Of a stretch of DNA of 64,000 bases, positions 38,151-47,179 are shown in pieces. Each line of letters begins with the position of its first letter. The first letter of the stretch is position 1. Under the pieces are notes generated by a model. That model did not search any database and was not told the DNA's origin. It saw nothing but the letters and a program-made list of their open reading frames with translations. The translations under genes were made by a program, and so were the position numbers. Source of the stretch: an uncultured Chloroflexia bacterium (lineage in GTDB: Bacteria; Chloroflexota; Dormibacteria; Aeolococcales; Aeolococcaceae); contig CAWDLK010000002.1 in assembly GCA_963803165.1 (NCBI GenBank), positions 136,569 through 200,568 of the forward strand, written 5' to 3'.

Positions 38151-38257
38151 CCGCGACGCCGGGCCGCGACCCACGGGAGGCGAAACGTCCCCCGGAGCGA
38201 GGGCACCGGCGGAGCCCGGCGCAGCCGCGCCGGACTCCGCTCCGCGTGGCGGCCGGA

Positions 38258-39235
38258 CTAGGCGGCGGCCACCCCGCCCCTGCGGCGGACGGTGAGGTCG
38301 GCCACCCCCAGGAGGCCGACCAGGAGGACGAAACCACCGGTGGCGAGGATCGTCCACACGATCGGGGTGAACTGGGTGGACTTGATGTCGTTGTAGTCGG
38401 TCAGGCTGGCGTCGAAGGCGGTGACGAGAGCCTTGAACCGGGCCATGGACGCGGGCAGCGTGGAGAGCGCGGAGTCGAGCGCCGGGAAGTCAGAGGCCAG
38501 CAGCGCGCTGAACTGCGCCGGCTGCAGGTTGAGCATCTGGCCGAGAGCCGGCAGCATCTGACTCTGCAGCTGGGTGCTCATCGCCTCCATCGTCGCCAGC
38601 GACTGCTCGGCGCCGGCCACCGTCTTGGCGGTGAAGAGGGACCCCATCTGGCTGTTCATGGAGTCGGCCGCGGTCGCCTTCCCCGGCAGGGAGAGAGCCA
38701 GCGGCGCGGCGATCAGCAGCGCACCGATCACCACCGCGGCCCCGGCGCGCCACCACCGCCGAACCAGGACCCCGCATCCGATCAGCAAGAGACCCACCAC
38801 CAGGAGGACCCAGGGGATCGTGGCGGGCGAGATCGATGCGGTGGGGATGGAGGCTGCCTGCTCGAAGTTGGCCCGCTCATCGGTCAGCGTGGTGATGACC
38901 TGTCCGAACTGGCTGGTGAGGGCGGGCACCGCCTGCAGCCCGGCCGACGTGGCGGGGAAGCTCTGCTGCAGCTCGGCCGATAAGTCCGCGGGCGCCACCC
39001 CCAGCTGCGCCGCCAGCGCCGGGACGGCCTGCTCGGTGAACTGTGTCTGGGCGGCGCTCAGCCCGTTGAGGTCGCTGCGGAGCTGCGTGAGGGTCGACAC
39101 CTGCATCTCCGGCTTGAAGTTCGTGGTCAGGTCGCTGAACTTGGGGGCGACCGAGAACAGCCCCGGGATCACCGCCAGCGCAATCAGCGCGAGCCCGGCC
39201 AGGGCCAGCGCGATTCCAAGTGCCCACTTCCTCAT
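38258..39235 (-). CDS. hypothetical membrane protein built from an internal tandem duplication
   Basis: The layout is TM, an approximately 110-aa Ala/Ser/Gln-rich domain, two TM helices, a second similar domain, then a TM helix. Halves 1 and 2 share their order of motifs (...LxxQLxxxFPAxxxALxxxPAxxxxFxxxxTxxxD...). Confidence 0.45.
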   Translation of the reverse strand: MRKWALGIALALAGLALIALAVIPGLFSVAPKFSDLTTNFKPEMQVSTLTQLRSDLNGLSAAQTQFTEQAVPALAAQLGVAPADLSAELQQSFPATSAGLQAVPALTSQFGQVITTLTDERANFEQAASIPTASISPATIPWVLLVVGLLLIGCGVLVRRWWRAGAAVVIGALLIAAPLALSLPGKATAADSMNSQMGSLFTAKTVAGAEQSLATMEAMSTQLQSQMLPALGQMLNLQPAQFSALLASDFPALDSALSTLPASMARFKALVTAFDASLTDYNDIKSTQFTPIVWTILATGGFVLLVGLLGVADLTVRRRGGVAAA

Positions 39236-39515
39236 CCCATCTCCTCCGTGCGGATGCCTCTGCCGGCGGCGCGGAGCGCAGCCGGTGCCGCTCAGGCGTG
39301 CATGTCCTTGCTGAGCGGCGTCGGTAGCGGACCCACCGGCCGAGGCCTGCCCACACTAAGGCAGCCACGAACGTTCGCTAGTTGCGTCATACAGGGGGAG
39401 GACGTTTCGCTACCTGGTGCGGGGCCTGCCAGGGGCGAAGGTCTCCTGTTACCTGATGACCACCGGCCCGGCTGGTCGCCCGAGGATCGGGCGCCGGGCC
39501 GGATCCGGGCGCCGC

Positions 39516-39824
39516 TCAGCCCGCCGGGAGGACGAGGGTCTCGCCCGGACGGATGACCGGGGAGCTCAGTCGGTTGGCGGCGAGGATGCGGGCCACCTCG
39601 TCCCGGATGTCTCCCCCGGTGTAGTGGCTGGCAGCGATGCTCCAGAGGGTGTCACCCGACCCCACCACCACCGTGGCCGCGGCCGTCGGAGAGGCGCCGG
39701 CACCGACGCTGCCGAGCAGCGCCCAGCCGGCGCAGGCTGCGAGGACCGCCACCGGCAGGGTCTGCCCCAGCGGCCAGCGCCGGCGGCGCGGTACAGAGCG
39801 CGCCGGCTGGTGATCGACGATCAT
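39516..39824 (-). CDS. LysM domain protein with N-terminal signal anchor
   Basis: The C-terminus GDTLWSIAASHYTGGDIRDEVARILAANRLSSPVIRPGETLVLP is a LysM domain. The start was taken at M65 of ORF 39516..40016. Confidence 0.55.
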   Translation of the reverse strand: MIVDHQPARSVPRRRRWPLGQTLPVAVLAACAGWALLGSVGAGASPTAAATVVVGSGDTLWSIAASHYTGGDIRDEVARILAANRLSSPVIRPGETLVLPAG

Positions 39825-39945
39825 CGCCGGGATCCGCTGTCCGGGTGGCCGGATGAGAGGTTCACCGAGAGAACGTCTGTTCCCATGGGGCCAGCGTACC
39901 ACCAAACGCCCGTTCGCTGTCAACCATCCGCCGATAATCGCCGCT

Positions 39946-40470
39946 GTGGAGCCTCGTCTGCGGGTCGCCGTCTGCCTGACCGCGGCCGACCGCCTGCTCC
40001 TCGTCGGCCAGGGCAAGGCCGGGCACCGCTACTGGCTGCTCCCCGGCGGCGGCGTCGAGAGAGGGGAGACCCTGGTCGAGGCGGCCCATCGGGAGCTGAT
40101 CGAGGAGACCGGGATCGACGTGGCCATCGGCCGTCTGCTGATCGTCTGCGAGGCGATCGAGCCGGGGGGCCGCCACCTGGTCAACCTCGTCTTCTCCGGC
40201 CGGGCCCGCGCCGCGGAGCCGGGCGACCCGGGCGCGCCCGCCGCAGCCCCCGGCCGGCTCCCGGAGCCCGTCCCGGCCGACGCCGCCATCGAGGAGGTGC
40301 GCTGGGTGTCCCGCGACGAGCTGCTCGGCCTGGAGCTGCGCCCTCCCATCGCGGAGGCGGTCGCCGCCGCCTGGTCCGCCGGCTTCGGCGGCGCGGTCCA
40401 GGTGCTCGGCAACGTCTGGAGCGCTGATCCCGGATCCCGGGGCGGCCCGGCCGATCCGCCCGGCCGGTAG
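39946..40470 (+). CDS. NUDIX hydrolase
   Basis: The Nudix box reads GGGVERGETLVEAAHRELIEETG. The start was taken at the GTG at V32 of ORF 39853. Confidence 0.65.
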   Translation: MEPRLRVAVCLTAADRLLLVGQGKAGHRYWLLPGGGVERGETLVEAAHRELIEETGIDVAIGRLLIVCEAIEPGGRHLVNLVFSGRARAAEPGDPGAPAAAPGRLPEPVPADAAIEEVRWVSRDELLGLELRPPIAEAVAAAWSAGFGGAVQVLGNVWSADPGSRGGPADPPGR

Positions 40471-40518
40471 CCGCAGCGTGTCGCCCCGCGGCCGCCTCGC
40501 TCCGTAGGATCACCGCCC

Positions 40519-41439
40519 ATGTGGTCCACCACCATCGATGTCGACGGTCCCGTGCACGTGGCGGAGTGGGGCGCAGGGTCGCCGCGCATCGTGCTGGTGC
40601 ACGGTCTGGGCGGCTCCCACCTCAACTGGATGCGGGTGGCCCCGCAGCTGACCCGCTACGGGCGGGTGCTGGCACCCGACCTCCCCGGCTTCGGCCTCAC
40701 CCCCGTGGCCGGCCGGGCGACGACCGTCGACGCGTACGCCGCGCTCCTCGACCGCGTCCTCACGCAGACCTGCGACGCCCCGGTGGTGCTCGCCGGCAAC
40801 TCCATGGGCGGGCTGATCGCCCTCACCGTCGCCGCGCTGCACCCACAGCGGGTGGCGGGCCTGGTCCTGGTCGACGCCGTCCTCCCCGGCCTGTGGCGGC
40901 GGCGGCGCCCCCGGGTGGTCCTGCTCTCCTTTGCCAGCTACCTGGTGCCCCGCCTGGGCCGCAGGTTCCTCGCCCACGTGCGAGATCGCGCCACCGTCGA
41001 GGGCCTGGTGGCCGACGCGCTCGATCTCTGCGCGGCGCATCCCGAGCTCGTCCCCGCCGACGTCGTCGAGGCGCACGTGGCGCTGGAGCGGAGCCGGGGA
41101 CGCAACCCGGATGACGACGCCGCCTACGTCCTGGCGGCCCGCTCCATCCTCACGGCGCTCGCCCACCCCGGCGCCTTGCGACGGCTGATCACGACGGAGA
41201 CGGCCCCCACCCTGGTGGTCCACGGCGAGGCCGACCGGCTGGTCCCCGTCGGCGCCGCCCGGCGAGCCGGCCGCCGCCGGCCGGACTGGGACGTCCACGT
41301 TCTGGCCGGTGTCGGCCACATCCCGATGCTGGAGGTCCCCCAGCGGTTCCTCGAGATCATGGAGAGCTGGCTCCGCTCCGAGCGCCTGGAGGGGCCCAGC
41401 CGCTCCGCGGCGGTCGAGCCCTCCGTCCCCGCCCCGTAG
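40519..41439 (+). CDS. alpha/beta-fold hydrolase
   Basis: The oxyanion region is HGLGGS and the nucleophile elbow is GNSMGG. The C-terminal HGEADRLVP...GHIPMLE supplies the Asp and His of the triad. Confidence 0.7.
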   Translation: MWSTTIDVDGPVHVAEWGAGSPRIVLVHGLGGSHLNWMRVAPQLTRYGRVLAPDLPGFGLTPVAGRATTVDAYAALLDRVLTQTCDAPVVLAGNSMGGLIALTVAALHPQRVAGLVLVDAVLPGLWRRRRPRVVLLSFASYLVPRLGRRFLAHVRDRATVEGLVADALDLCAAHPELVPADVVEAHVALERSRGRNPDDDAAYVLAARSILTALAHPGALRRLITTETAPTLVVHGEADRLVPVGAARRAGRRRPDWDVHVLAGVGHIPMLEVPQRFLEIMESWLRSERLEGPSRSAAVEPSVPAP

Positions 41440-41449
41440 AATCGGGGGG

Positions 41450-41938
41450 ATGGCAGGCCGGACCCACCGCTACCAGATCCTGCTGAGCTGGCATGGGTCG
41501 ACCGCCGGCGGCTACGCCGCGTATGACCGCACCCACCAGGTCGCGGCCCCGCCGGGGAACGTCTCCCTCACCCTGAGCGCCGACCCGTCCTTCCGGGGCG
41601 ACCCCGAGCTGCCCAACCCCGAGCAGCTGCTGCTGGCCGCGGCCAGCTCCTGCCAGCTGCTGAGCTTCCTCGCCCTGGCCGCCCGCGAGGGGATCGACGT
41701 CGTCGACTACCAGGACGACGCCGAGGCGGTGATGCCAGAAGATGACAAGCCTGTCCGGATCACCCGGATCACCCTGCGCCCCCGGGTGGTGGTGCCTCCG
41801 GGGAGCGGGGAGCGGGTGCGCGCCCTGCTGGTCCGCGCCCACCACGAGTGCTTCATCGCCAACAGCGTCAACGCCGAGATCGTCCTCGCGCCGGAGATCG
41901 TCCACTCCGACGGATCCCAGGAGCTGCGCATCGTGTGA
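41450..41938 (+). CDS. OsmC/Ohr family peroxiredoxin-like protein
   Basis: This is a roughly 160-aa OsmC-like protein with two conserved Cys (SSCQLL...HHECFIANS). Confidence 0.65.
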   Translation: MAGRTHRYQILLSWHGSTAGGYAAYDRTHQVAAPPGNVSLTLSADPSFRGDPELPNPEQLLLAAASSCQLLSFLALAAREGIDVVDYQDDAEAVMPEDDKPVRITRITLRPRVVVPPGSGERVRALLVRAHHECFIANSVNAEIVLAPEIVHSDGSQELRIV

Positions 41939-41948
41939 GCCCGGGCGC

Positions 41949-42995
41949 TCAGCCCTCGCCGACCTCCCGGAGGTAGTCGCCGAGGCGCGCGTAGGCGGCC
42001 CGCTTGCGCCGGTCGGTGATCTCGGTGTAGACCCGGAGCGTCTCCAGGGTGGCATGCCCCAGCACCTCCTGGACCAGCCGGACGTCGCCGTCGGTCGCCT
42101 CGAGCAGGGTCGTCGCGGCGGTGTGCCGGGCGGCGTGCGGGCTGCGCAGGCCCTCGACCAGCCGGAACAACTCCGGGTCGTGGGCGAAGCGGCGGCGCAG
42201 CGCCGTGAGCGCCCGGCGCGCTCCGTCCGTGGTGAGGCGGTTGCCGGGAAGGACCCGTCCGCCCGGCATGTCGGGGTGGGCGACGCTGATGAAGAGGGCG
42301 GGCGAGGCGTCCTGGCCGCGAGCCACCAGGTACTCGCGGACTGCACGCCAGGCGTCGTCGGTGAGGAAGACGGTGCGGTGCCTGCCCCCCTTGCCGAGCA
42401 CCCGGAACCCCTCCGGCCGCACGTCGCCCCGGTCGAGGGCGCAAGCCTCGCCGATCCGGCAGCCGCTGCTGATCAGGAAGTGGACCAGGGCACGGTCACG
42501 GAGGTCGCGCAGCCCCTCCCGGGGGAGCGCGGCGAGCAGCCGGGGCACCACCTCGGTGGCGATCGGATGGGGGTCGCCGACGATGTAGCGGGGAACCACC
42601 ACCCGGCGGGAGAGCTCGTCCGGGATCCAGCCCTCGTCGTAGGCGTAGCCGAGGAACTGGCGGAGCGCCACCAGGGCCCGGGCCCGGGTGCGCGGGTGGG
42701 GGAGGACCTCAGCCAGCTCGATCTGGTAGCGGCGCAGCGAGGCCGCGTCGAGGCCCTCGCAGAGCCCGCCCCCGGGGGTGCGGAGCCGGGCGAAGGCGAC
42801 GAACTTCGCCAGGTCGTAGCGATAGGCGCGCACGGTGGTCAGCGGCCGGTTGCGCTGCACCCGCAGGTAGTCGAGGAACTGCTGGACCTCGTCGGGCAGG
42901 GGGTCGTCGGGACCCGGCACCTGGACCGCCCAGGCGGGGAGGCGAGGGCGATGCGGCGCGGTGGGGCGGCGCTTGGGAGGGACGCGGACCGGCAT
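41949..42995 (-). CDS. tyrosine site-specific recombinase, XerC/XerD-like
   Basis: The N-terminal core-binding domain is VQQFLDYLRVQRNRPLTTVRAYRYDLAKFV. The catalytic R...HxxR...Y residues are present (GCRIGEACAL, HAARHTAATTLL, LETLRVYTE). The start was taken at M242 of ORF 41949..43718. Confidence 0.75.
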   Translation of the reverse strand: MPVRVPPKRRPTAPHRPRLPAWAVQVPGPDDPLPDEVQQFLDYLRVQRNRPLTTVRAYRYDLAKFVAFARLRTPGGGLCEGLDAASLRRYQIELAEVLPHPRTRARALVALRQFLGYAYDEGWIPDELSRRVVVPRYIVGDPHPIATEVVPRLLAALPREGLRDLRDRALVHFLISSGCRIGEACALDRGDVRPEGFRVLGKGGRHRTVFLTDDAWRAVREYLVARGQDASPALFISVAHPDMPGGRVLPGNRLTTDGARRALTALRRRFAHDPELFRLVEGLRSPHAARHTAATTLLEATDGDVRLVQEVLGHATLETLRVYTEITDRRKRAAYARLGDYLREVGEG

Positions 42996-43080
42996 CGGGC
43001 TAATGATGCGGCCCCGCAGCTCCAGTGGACCGCGCTCCGCCATCGCCGGTCGCTCCGCCGGCGGGATAGGCTTCGCCACC

Positions 43081-43704
43081 ATGGTCGGCATCGCCCTCGT
43101 CAAGGGAGACGGCGCGCAGCCCGATCGCACCTGGATGACCTCGCCGGGCGGGGAGGCCCGACCGATCGCGGTCCACGTGACCCACGACCTGCCCCACCTC
43201 GTCGTGGAGTCGCTCTTCGGCATCGACGACGGGCTCTGGGGCGTCCTCGCGAAGCGTGGCTTCGCGCCCGCCAACCGGGCCGTGGCCGGTCGCGGAGGCG
43301 GCCGGGTGCGCCTGGTCACCGACGCCCCCCTCGGTGAGCTGGCCCGGAGCACGTGGGTCGGGCACATGGTCGCCAAGACGGTGACCAACGCCGTGGTCAA
43401 CCGCTGGGGCGAGGGCCCCGACACCCCGGAGGGCGTCCGCCACCGGCTGGAGCCGGGGGCGAGCCTGCTCGAGCCGGCCGCACGCAAGACCAGGGACGCC
43501 GGCGACGCCGGCACGTACCGGCGCGGGATCCGGAAGCTCCTCGACCGGCTCGACGACCTCACCATCTCCCGAGCCATCGCCGGGGTGCGCACCCTCGCCG
43601 CCGCCTGGGAGCGGCTGCCGCCGGGCGAGGCCCTCCACCTCGAGTGGCCGCTCGATGGGTCGTCGCTCCTCCCCCCACCCGCGGGGCCGATGCCGGGCGG
43701 CTGA
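43081..43704 (+). CDS. hypothetical protein
   Basis: The 207-aa ORF has balanced composition (MVGIALVKGDGAQPDRTWMTSPGGEARPIAVHVTHDLPHLVV...). It is divergent from the recombinase. Confidence 0.35.
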   Translation: MVGIALVKGDGAQPDRTWMTSPGGEARPIAVHVTHDLPHLVVESLFGIDDGLWGVLAKRGFAPANRAVAGRGGGRVRLVTDAPLGELARSTWVGHMVAKTVTNAVVNRWGEGPDTPEGVRHRLEPGASLLEPAARKTRDAGDAGTYRRGIRKLLDRLDDLTISRAIAGVRTLAAAWERLPPGEALHLEWPLDGSSLLPPPAGPMPGG

Positions 43705-43788
43705 GGCTGCGGCCGCACCGGGTCTCCGCGCGCAGGCCCGGCGATACACGTCGTCCGGACCGAGGTGAGGCTGGCTGCCCGCCGCGGG

Positions 43789-44598
43789 TCAGACGCCCGG
43801 GACCGCGGCGATCAGCAGGCGCTCGCGGCCGGCGCGCTCGGCGCGGCGGTGCTCGCGCTCGACGATCCACCCGGCGCGGGCGAGCTGCCGGCCGAACTCG
43901 CCCACCGTGAAGCTGGAACGGACGGGCTCGCCGATGGCGGCGAGGTAGAAGCGGCGCCCGAGGCGGTGGTCGACCCCGGCGCTCTCCGCGGCGGTGACCA
44001 GGAGCCGGCTGCCGCGCGCCGCTCGGGAGCGGAGGCCGGCGAGCATCCGCCCGATCGCCACCCGCGAAAGGTAGCGGACCAGCCCCTCGCAGACGAAGAG
44101 GCTGGGCCGGTCGTCGCGGTGTCCCGCCCGCGCCAGGGCGACGTCGACCCGGTCGGACATGAGGTCGAGCTCGACGAAGCTGACGTTGCCGAGCGGGGTT
44201 CCCAGGGCCTCGAGGCGCCGGCGCTTGTCCGCCTGGGTGGCCGGGTGGTCCACCTCGAAGAACCGGACCCCGGTGCGGCGAAAGCGCAGCGCCCGGCCGT
44301 CATAGCCGGCGCCCACCAGGACCACCTGGTCGATGCCGGCGGTGACCGCCCGGAGCGTCTCGTCATCGATGAACGCGGTCCGCTCGACGATGTTGAAGCG
44401 GCGCTGCCGGCGGCCAGGGTTGGCGGCGCTCCCATGGCGGCCCATGGCCACGGCCCCGCCCGTCCGCCAGGGCGCGAGCAGGCCGGCGTAGAGGCGGAGC
44501 TCGGCGGCGGGATCTCCCTCGGGCGTCTGGGGCCGGGTGAGGCGCGAGCGGGCGAGCGCGACCCCTCGGGCGGTCAGGGAGGGCTCGCCGACGTTCAC
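43789..44598 (-). CDS. class I SAM-dependent methyltransferase (TIGR00027/Ppm-like family)
   Basis: SLTARGVALARS...FIDDETLRAVTAGIDQVVLVGAGYDGRALRF...FFEVDHPATQ matches the mycobacterial putative SAM methyltransferase family. The start was taken at the GTG at V214 of ORF 43789..45237. Confidence 0.55.
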   Translation of the reverse strand: MNVGEPSLTARGVALARSRLTRPQTPEGDPAAELRLYAGLLAPWRTGGAVAMGRHGSAANPGRRQRRFNIVERTAFIDDETLRAVTAGIDQVVLVGAGYDGRALRFRRTGVRFFEVDHPATQADKRRRLEALGTPLGNVSFVELDLMSDRVDVALARAGHRDDRPSLFVCEGLVRYLSRVAIGRMLAGLRSRAARGSRLLVTAAESAGVDHRLGRRFYLAAIGEPVRSSFTVGEFGRQLARAGWIVEREHRRAERAGRERLLIAAVPGV

Positions 44599-44711
44599 CG
44601 GCTGCTGATCATAGCGGAGGCTCCGACGATGACCGGCCACCGCGCTGCGGCCACCCGGGTCCGGGCGGCCGGCGAGGGGAGGGGAGGAGGCGTCGCGGCG
44701 CCCGCCCCGCC

Positions 44712-45182
44712 TCAGCCGGTGACCGCGAGGATGGCCACGTAGCAGGCCACCGCCACCGCGAATCCCACCGCCATCAGCATCGAACTGATGTTCTGGTCGT
44801 ACTTGAGGAAGCTCGCCCCGTTGAAGCCGGCGAAGAGGATGGCGGTGAGCCCGCCTGCCGCCAGCCAGATGGGGGCCGGCCCGCGCCGGCTGCGCACAGC
44901 GTGGAGGACCAGCTCGATGCCGTTGAGCAGCAGCACGATGCCGATGACCACGTGAGCGATCAGCAGCGGCAGCCCGCTCGTGAAGCTCCACAGGACGCTG
45001 GCCAGGGCGCCGCTCAGGTAGGGCCCGCTGCCGGCGCCGGCGTGGTGGGTCGGGATGGTCACGTAGAGGTTGACCGACATCCCGACCAGGAACTGGACCA
45101 GGAGCACGCCGAGCGTCCCCGTGGTCCGGCGCCGCAGCACGCCCAGCCGATGCGCGGCGACCTCTGACATGCCCGGGATCAT
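44712..45182 (-). CDS. hypothetical membrane protein (4 TM)
   Basis: This is the real C-terminal part of ORF 44712..46268 (MIPGMSEVAAHRLGVLRRRTTGTLGVLLVQFLVGMSV...). The rest of that ORF is antisense junk. Confidence 0.4.
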   Translation of the reverse strand: MIPGMSEVAAHRLGVLRRRTTGTLGVLLVQFLVGMSVNLYVTIPTHHAGAGSGPYLSGALASVLWSFTSGLPLLIAHVVIGIVLLLNGIELVLHAVRSRRGPAPIWLAAGGLTAILFAGFNGASFLKYDQNISSMLMAVGFAVAVACYVAILAVTG

Positions 45183-45283
45183 GCCACAGGCGTTCCAGCG
45201 GCTCCTCCAGCCGCCACCCGGCCCGGGGGAGGCCCACACGGGCGGGGCGCGCGTGCCAGTCCGCACAATGGATCTGGCTTCTT

Positions 45284-45305
45284 CCTGATAAGATACATTA
45301 TCAGG
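45284..45305. promoter_or_regulatory. AT-rich perfect 8-bp inverted repeat CCTGATAA-N6-TTATCAGG, candidate operator
   Basis: The region at 45270-45320 is about 35% GC inside a 72% GC genome. It lies 140 nt upstream of the ABC permease start. The arms resemble Fur-family half-sites (TGATAA / TTATCA). Confidence 0.4.
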
Positions 45306-45443
45306 AGTAATGGCCGCGGGTACGACACGGCGTATTCGACGTGATTCCCCCTCTCTGCCCCGGGCCAAGCAGAACGTATCATCGGGCGCCGCCGAGATGG
45401 TCCGCGCCTGCGAGGAAGGGACGCCGAACTGATTGCGTATGCC

Positions 45444-46418
45444 GTGCGCCGGGTCGCCCAGGCGGTCGTGGTGCTCTGGGTCATCTGGACGCTCATCTTC
45501 GTGATCTACTTCGTCGTCCCTCACGACCCCGCTCGCCTGCTGCTCGGATTTCGCGCCCCCGAGCAGCTGGTGCAGAAGCTGCGGGTGAGCCTCGGTCTGG
45601 AGAGACCGGTATGGGTTCAGTACGTCGACTACTTCGGCCGCATCCTCCATGGGGACCTTGGCCAGTCGTACCTGCGGTCGGTGGGGAGACCCGGGGCACC
45701 GGTGAACCGCATCATCGCCGCGGACATCCCGGTGGACCTCGAGCTCGCCCTGCCGGCTGCCGCCCTGTGGCTGCTGATCGGGGTTGGCATCGGCATCCTG
45801 TCGGTCTGGCGGCGGGGAAGCCTGCGCGCCAGGGGCGCCACGATCTTCATCTTCTCGGTCGTCTCGACCCCCACCTTCGTGCTGGGCAGCCTCGCCCTGT
45901 TCCTCTCCGACCAGGTGCTGGCCGGCAACGGGATACACCTCTTCCCCTTCCCCGGGACGTGGGTCCCGCTGCACGTCGACCCGCTGGCCTGGGCCGACCA
46001 CCTGGTCCTCCCCTGGCTCACGCTCGCCCTCGTCAACTCGGCGGTGTACGCGCGGCTCTCCCGGAGCTCCTTGACCGATGTCCTGGTGGAGGACTACATC
46101 CGCACCGCTCGAGCCAAGGGCATCTCCGAACGACAGGTCCTCTTCCGCCATGCGCTCCGGGCGGCGCTGACCCCCCTGATGACGCAGTTCGGGATCGACC
46201 TCAGCGCGGTGCTCGCCGGAGCCCTCGTGGTCGAGGTCGTCTTCGGCCTTCCCGGGCTCGGTCTGCAACTGATCAACGCCGTGAGAGCCGAGGACCTGCC
46301 GACCGTCCAGGGCATCGCTCTGTTCATCTCCGCCTTCGTGGTGAGCGCCAACCTGATCGTCGACCTCCTGTACGCGGTCGTCGATCCCAGGGTGCGGCTC
46401 GGGCCTCGCCCAGGCTGA
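45444..46418 (+). CDS. ABC transporter permease, oligopeptide/dipeptide/nickel (DppB/OppB) family
   Basis: The protein has 6 TM helices and the EAA-like loop (ARAKGISERQVLFRHALRAALTPL). The start is GTG. Upstream CTG/ATT codons are alternatives that would give LIAYAVRRV. Confidence 0.7.
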   Translation: MRRVAQAVVVLWVIWTLIFVIYFVVPHDPARLLLGFRAPEQLVQKLRVSLGLERPVWVQYVDYFGRILHGDLGQSYLRSVGRPGAPVNRIIAADIPVDLELALPAAALWLLIGVGIGILSVWRRGSLRARGATIFIFSVVSTPTFVLGSLALFLSDQVLAGNGIHLFPFPGTWVPLHVDPLAWADHLVLPWLTLALVNSAVYARLSRSSLTDVLVEDYIRTARAKGISERQVLFRHALRAALTPLMTQFGIDLSAVLAGALVVEVVFGLPGLGLQLINAVRAEDLPTVQGIALFISAFVVSANLIVDLLYAVVDPRVRLGPRPG

Positions 46419-46440
46419 GCGCCGCCTCGACGCGGTCGGC

Positions 46441-46995
46441 TCAGCTGCCGGGCCGGTTGCCTCGCGTGAGCTCGAAGACGAGCTCCAGACCGTCGATGTC
46501 GTCCATCTGCGAGGCAGTCTCGACGAAACCCAGCCTGCGAACGACCGCCAGCGACGCCACGTTCGTCGGTGCCACCGAGGCGAAGACGGTCAGCTCCCCC
46601 TGGTCCCATGCCCACGCCACCAGGGCGGCCGCAGCCTCGGTCGCCAGGCCCTGCCGCCGGTAGGGCGGCAGCACCGTGTAGCCGATCTCCGCGCGGCCCA
46701 CCGCCCACGGGGGCCCGTGGAAGCCGCAGCGCCCGACGACGGCGCCGTCCGCGAGCCGGACCATGAGCCGGCCGCACCAGTCTCGATGGTCGGGGTCGGC
46801 GCGCACCCGCTCCAGCTGCACGCGCAGGAAGTAGTCGTCGGAGCCGTCCGGCGCGGGGAACCCCGCGGGGAGCACGACGCCCTGGACCCGGGACGCCGCC
46901 CCGCGATCCCCGGCCACGAGCGCCGCGAGCGTCCCCTCGAGCAGCGGCACCAGCGAGAGGCGCGGGGTGCTGATGGGCGTGGCGATCGGGCTCAT
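46441..46995 (-). CDS. GNAT family N-acetyltransferase
   Basis: The acetyl-CoA binding motif is RRQGLATEAAAALVAWAW, and RimL-like N-terminal strands are present. Confidence 0.7.
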   Translation of the reverse strand: MSPIATPISTPRLSLVPLLEGTLAALVAGDRGAASRVQGVVLPAGFPAPDGSDDYFLRVQLERVRADPDHRDWCGRLMVRLADGAVVGRCGFHGPPWAVGRAEIGYTVLPPYRRQGLATEAAAALVAWAWDQGELTVFASVAPTNVASLAVVRRLGFVETASQMDDIDGLELVFELTRGNRPGS

Positions 46996-47179
46996 GGACC
47001 TGGCTCAGCCGCGCCTCACGACGAGCGGCGCTATGCGTCTCTCAGAAAGTGGCGCACCAGCACCACAACCAGGGCGATCGTCGCCACGAGCACCACAGTC
47101 GGAAGCAGCGAAAGCACTGTGTCGATGTCGCCCTCCAGCCCGGCCATGCTAGCAGGGCCGGAGTGGAACGACCACCCGA

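Noticed and set aside
39368-39377. CGAACGTTCG palindrome as a LexA box
   Set aside because: It has GAAC/GTTC halves but lacks the 4-nt spacer seen in the recA and lexA boxes of this same window (GAAC-ATCC-GTTC type). I kept it only as an unexplained palindrome.
41949-42995. Tyrosine recombinase as the integrase of an integrated prophage or ICE
   Set aside because: The N-terminal core-binding domain and spacing match chromosomal XerC/XerD. There are no phage structural, replication or excisionase genes, and no tRNA or direct repeats flank it.
42961-43080. Longer start for the hypothetical protein at 42961 (MGRRLGGTRT...)
   Set aside because: It would overlap the divergent recombinase start. 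The added N-terminal 40 aa are Arg/Gly-rich filler. The start at M41 (43081) is preferred, though still uncertain.
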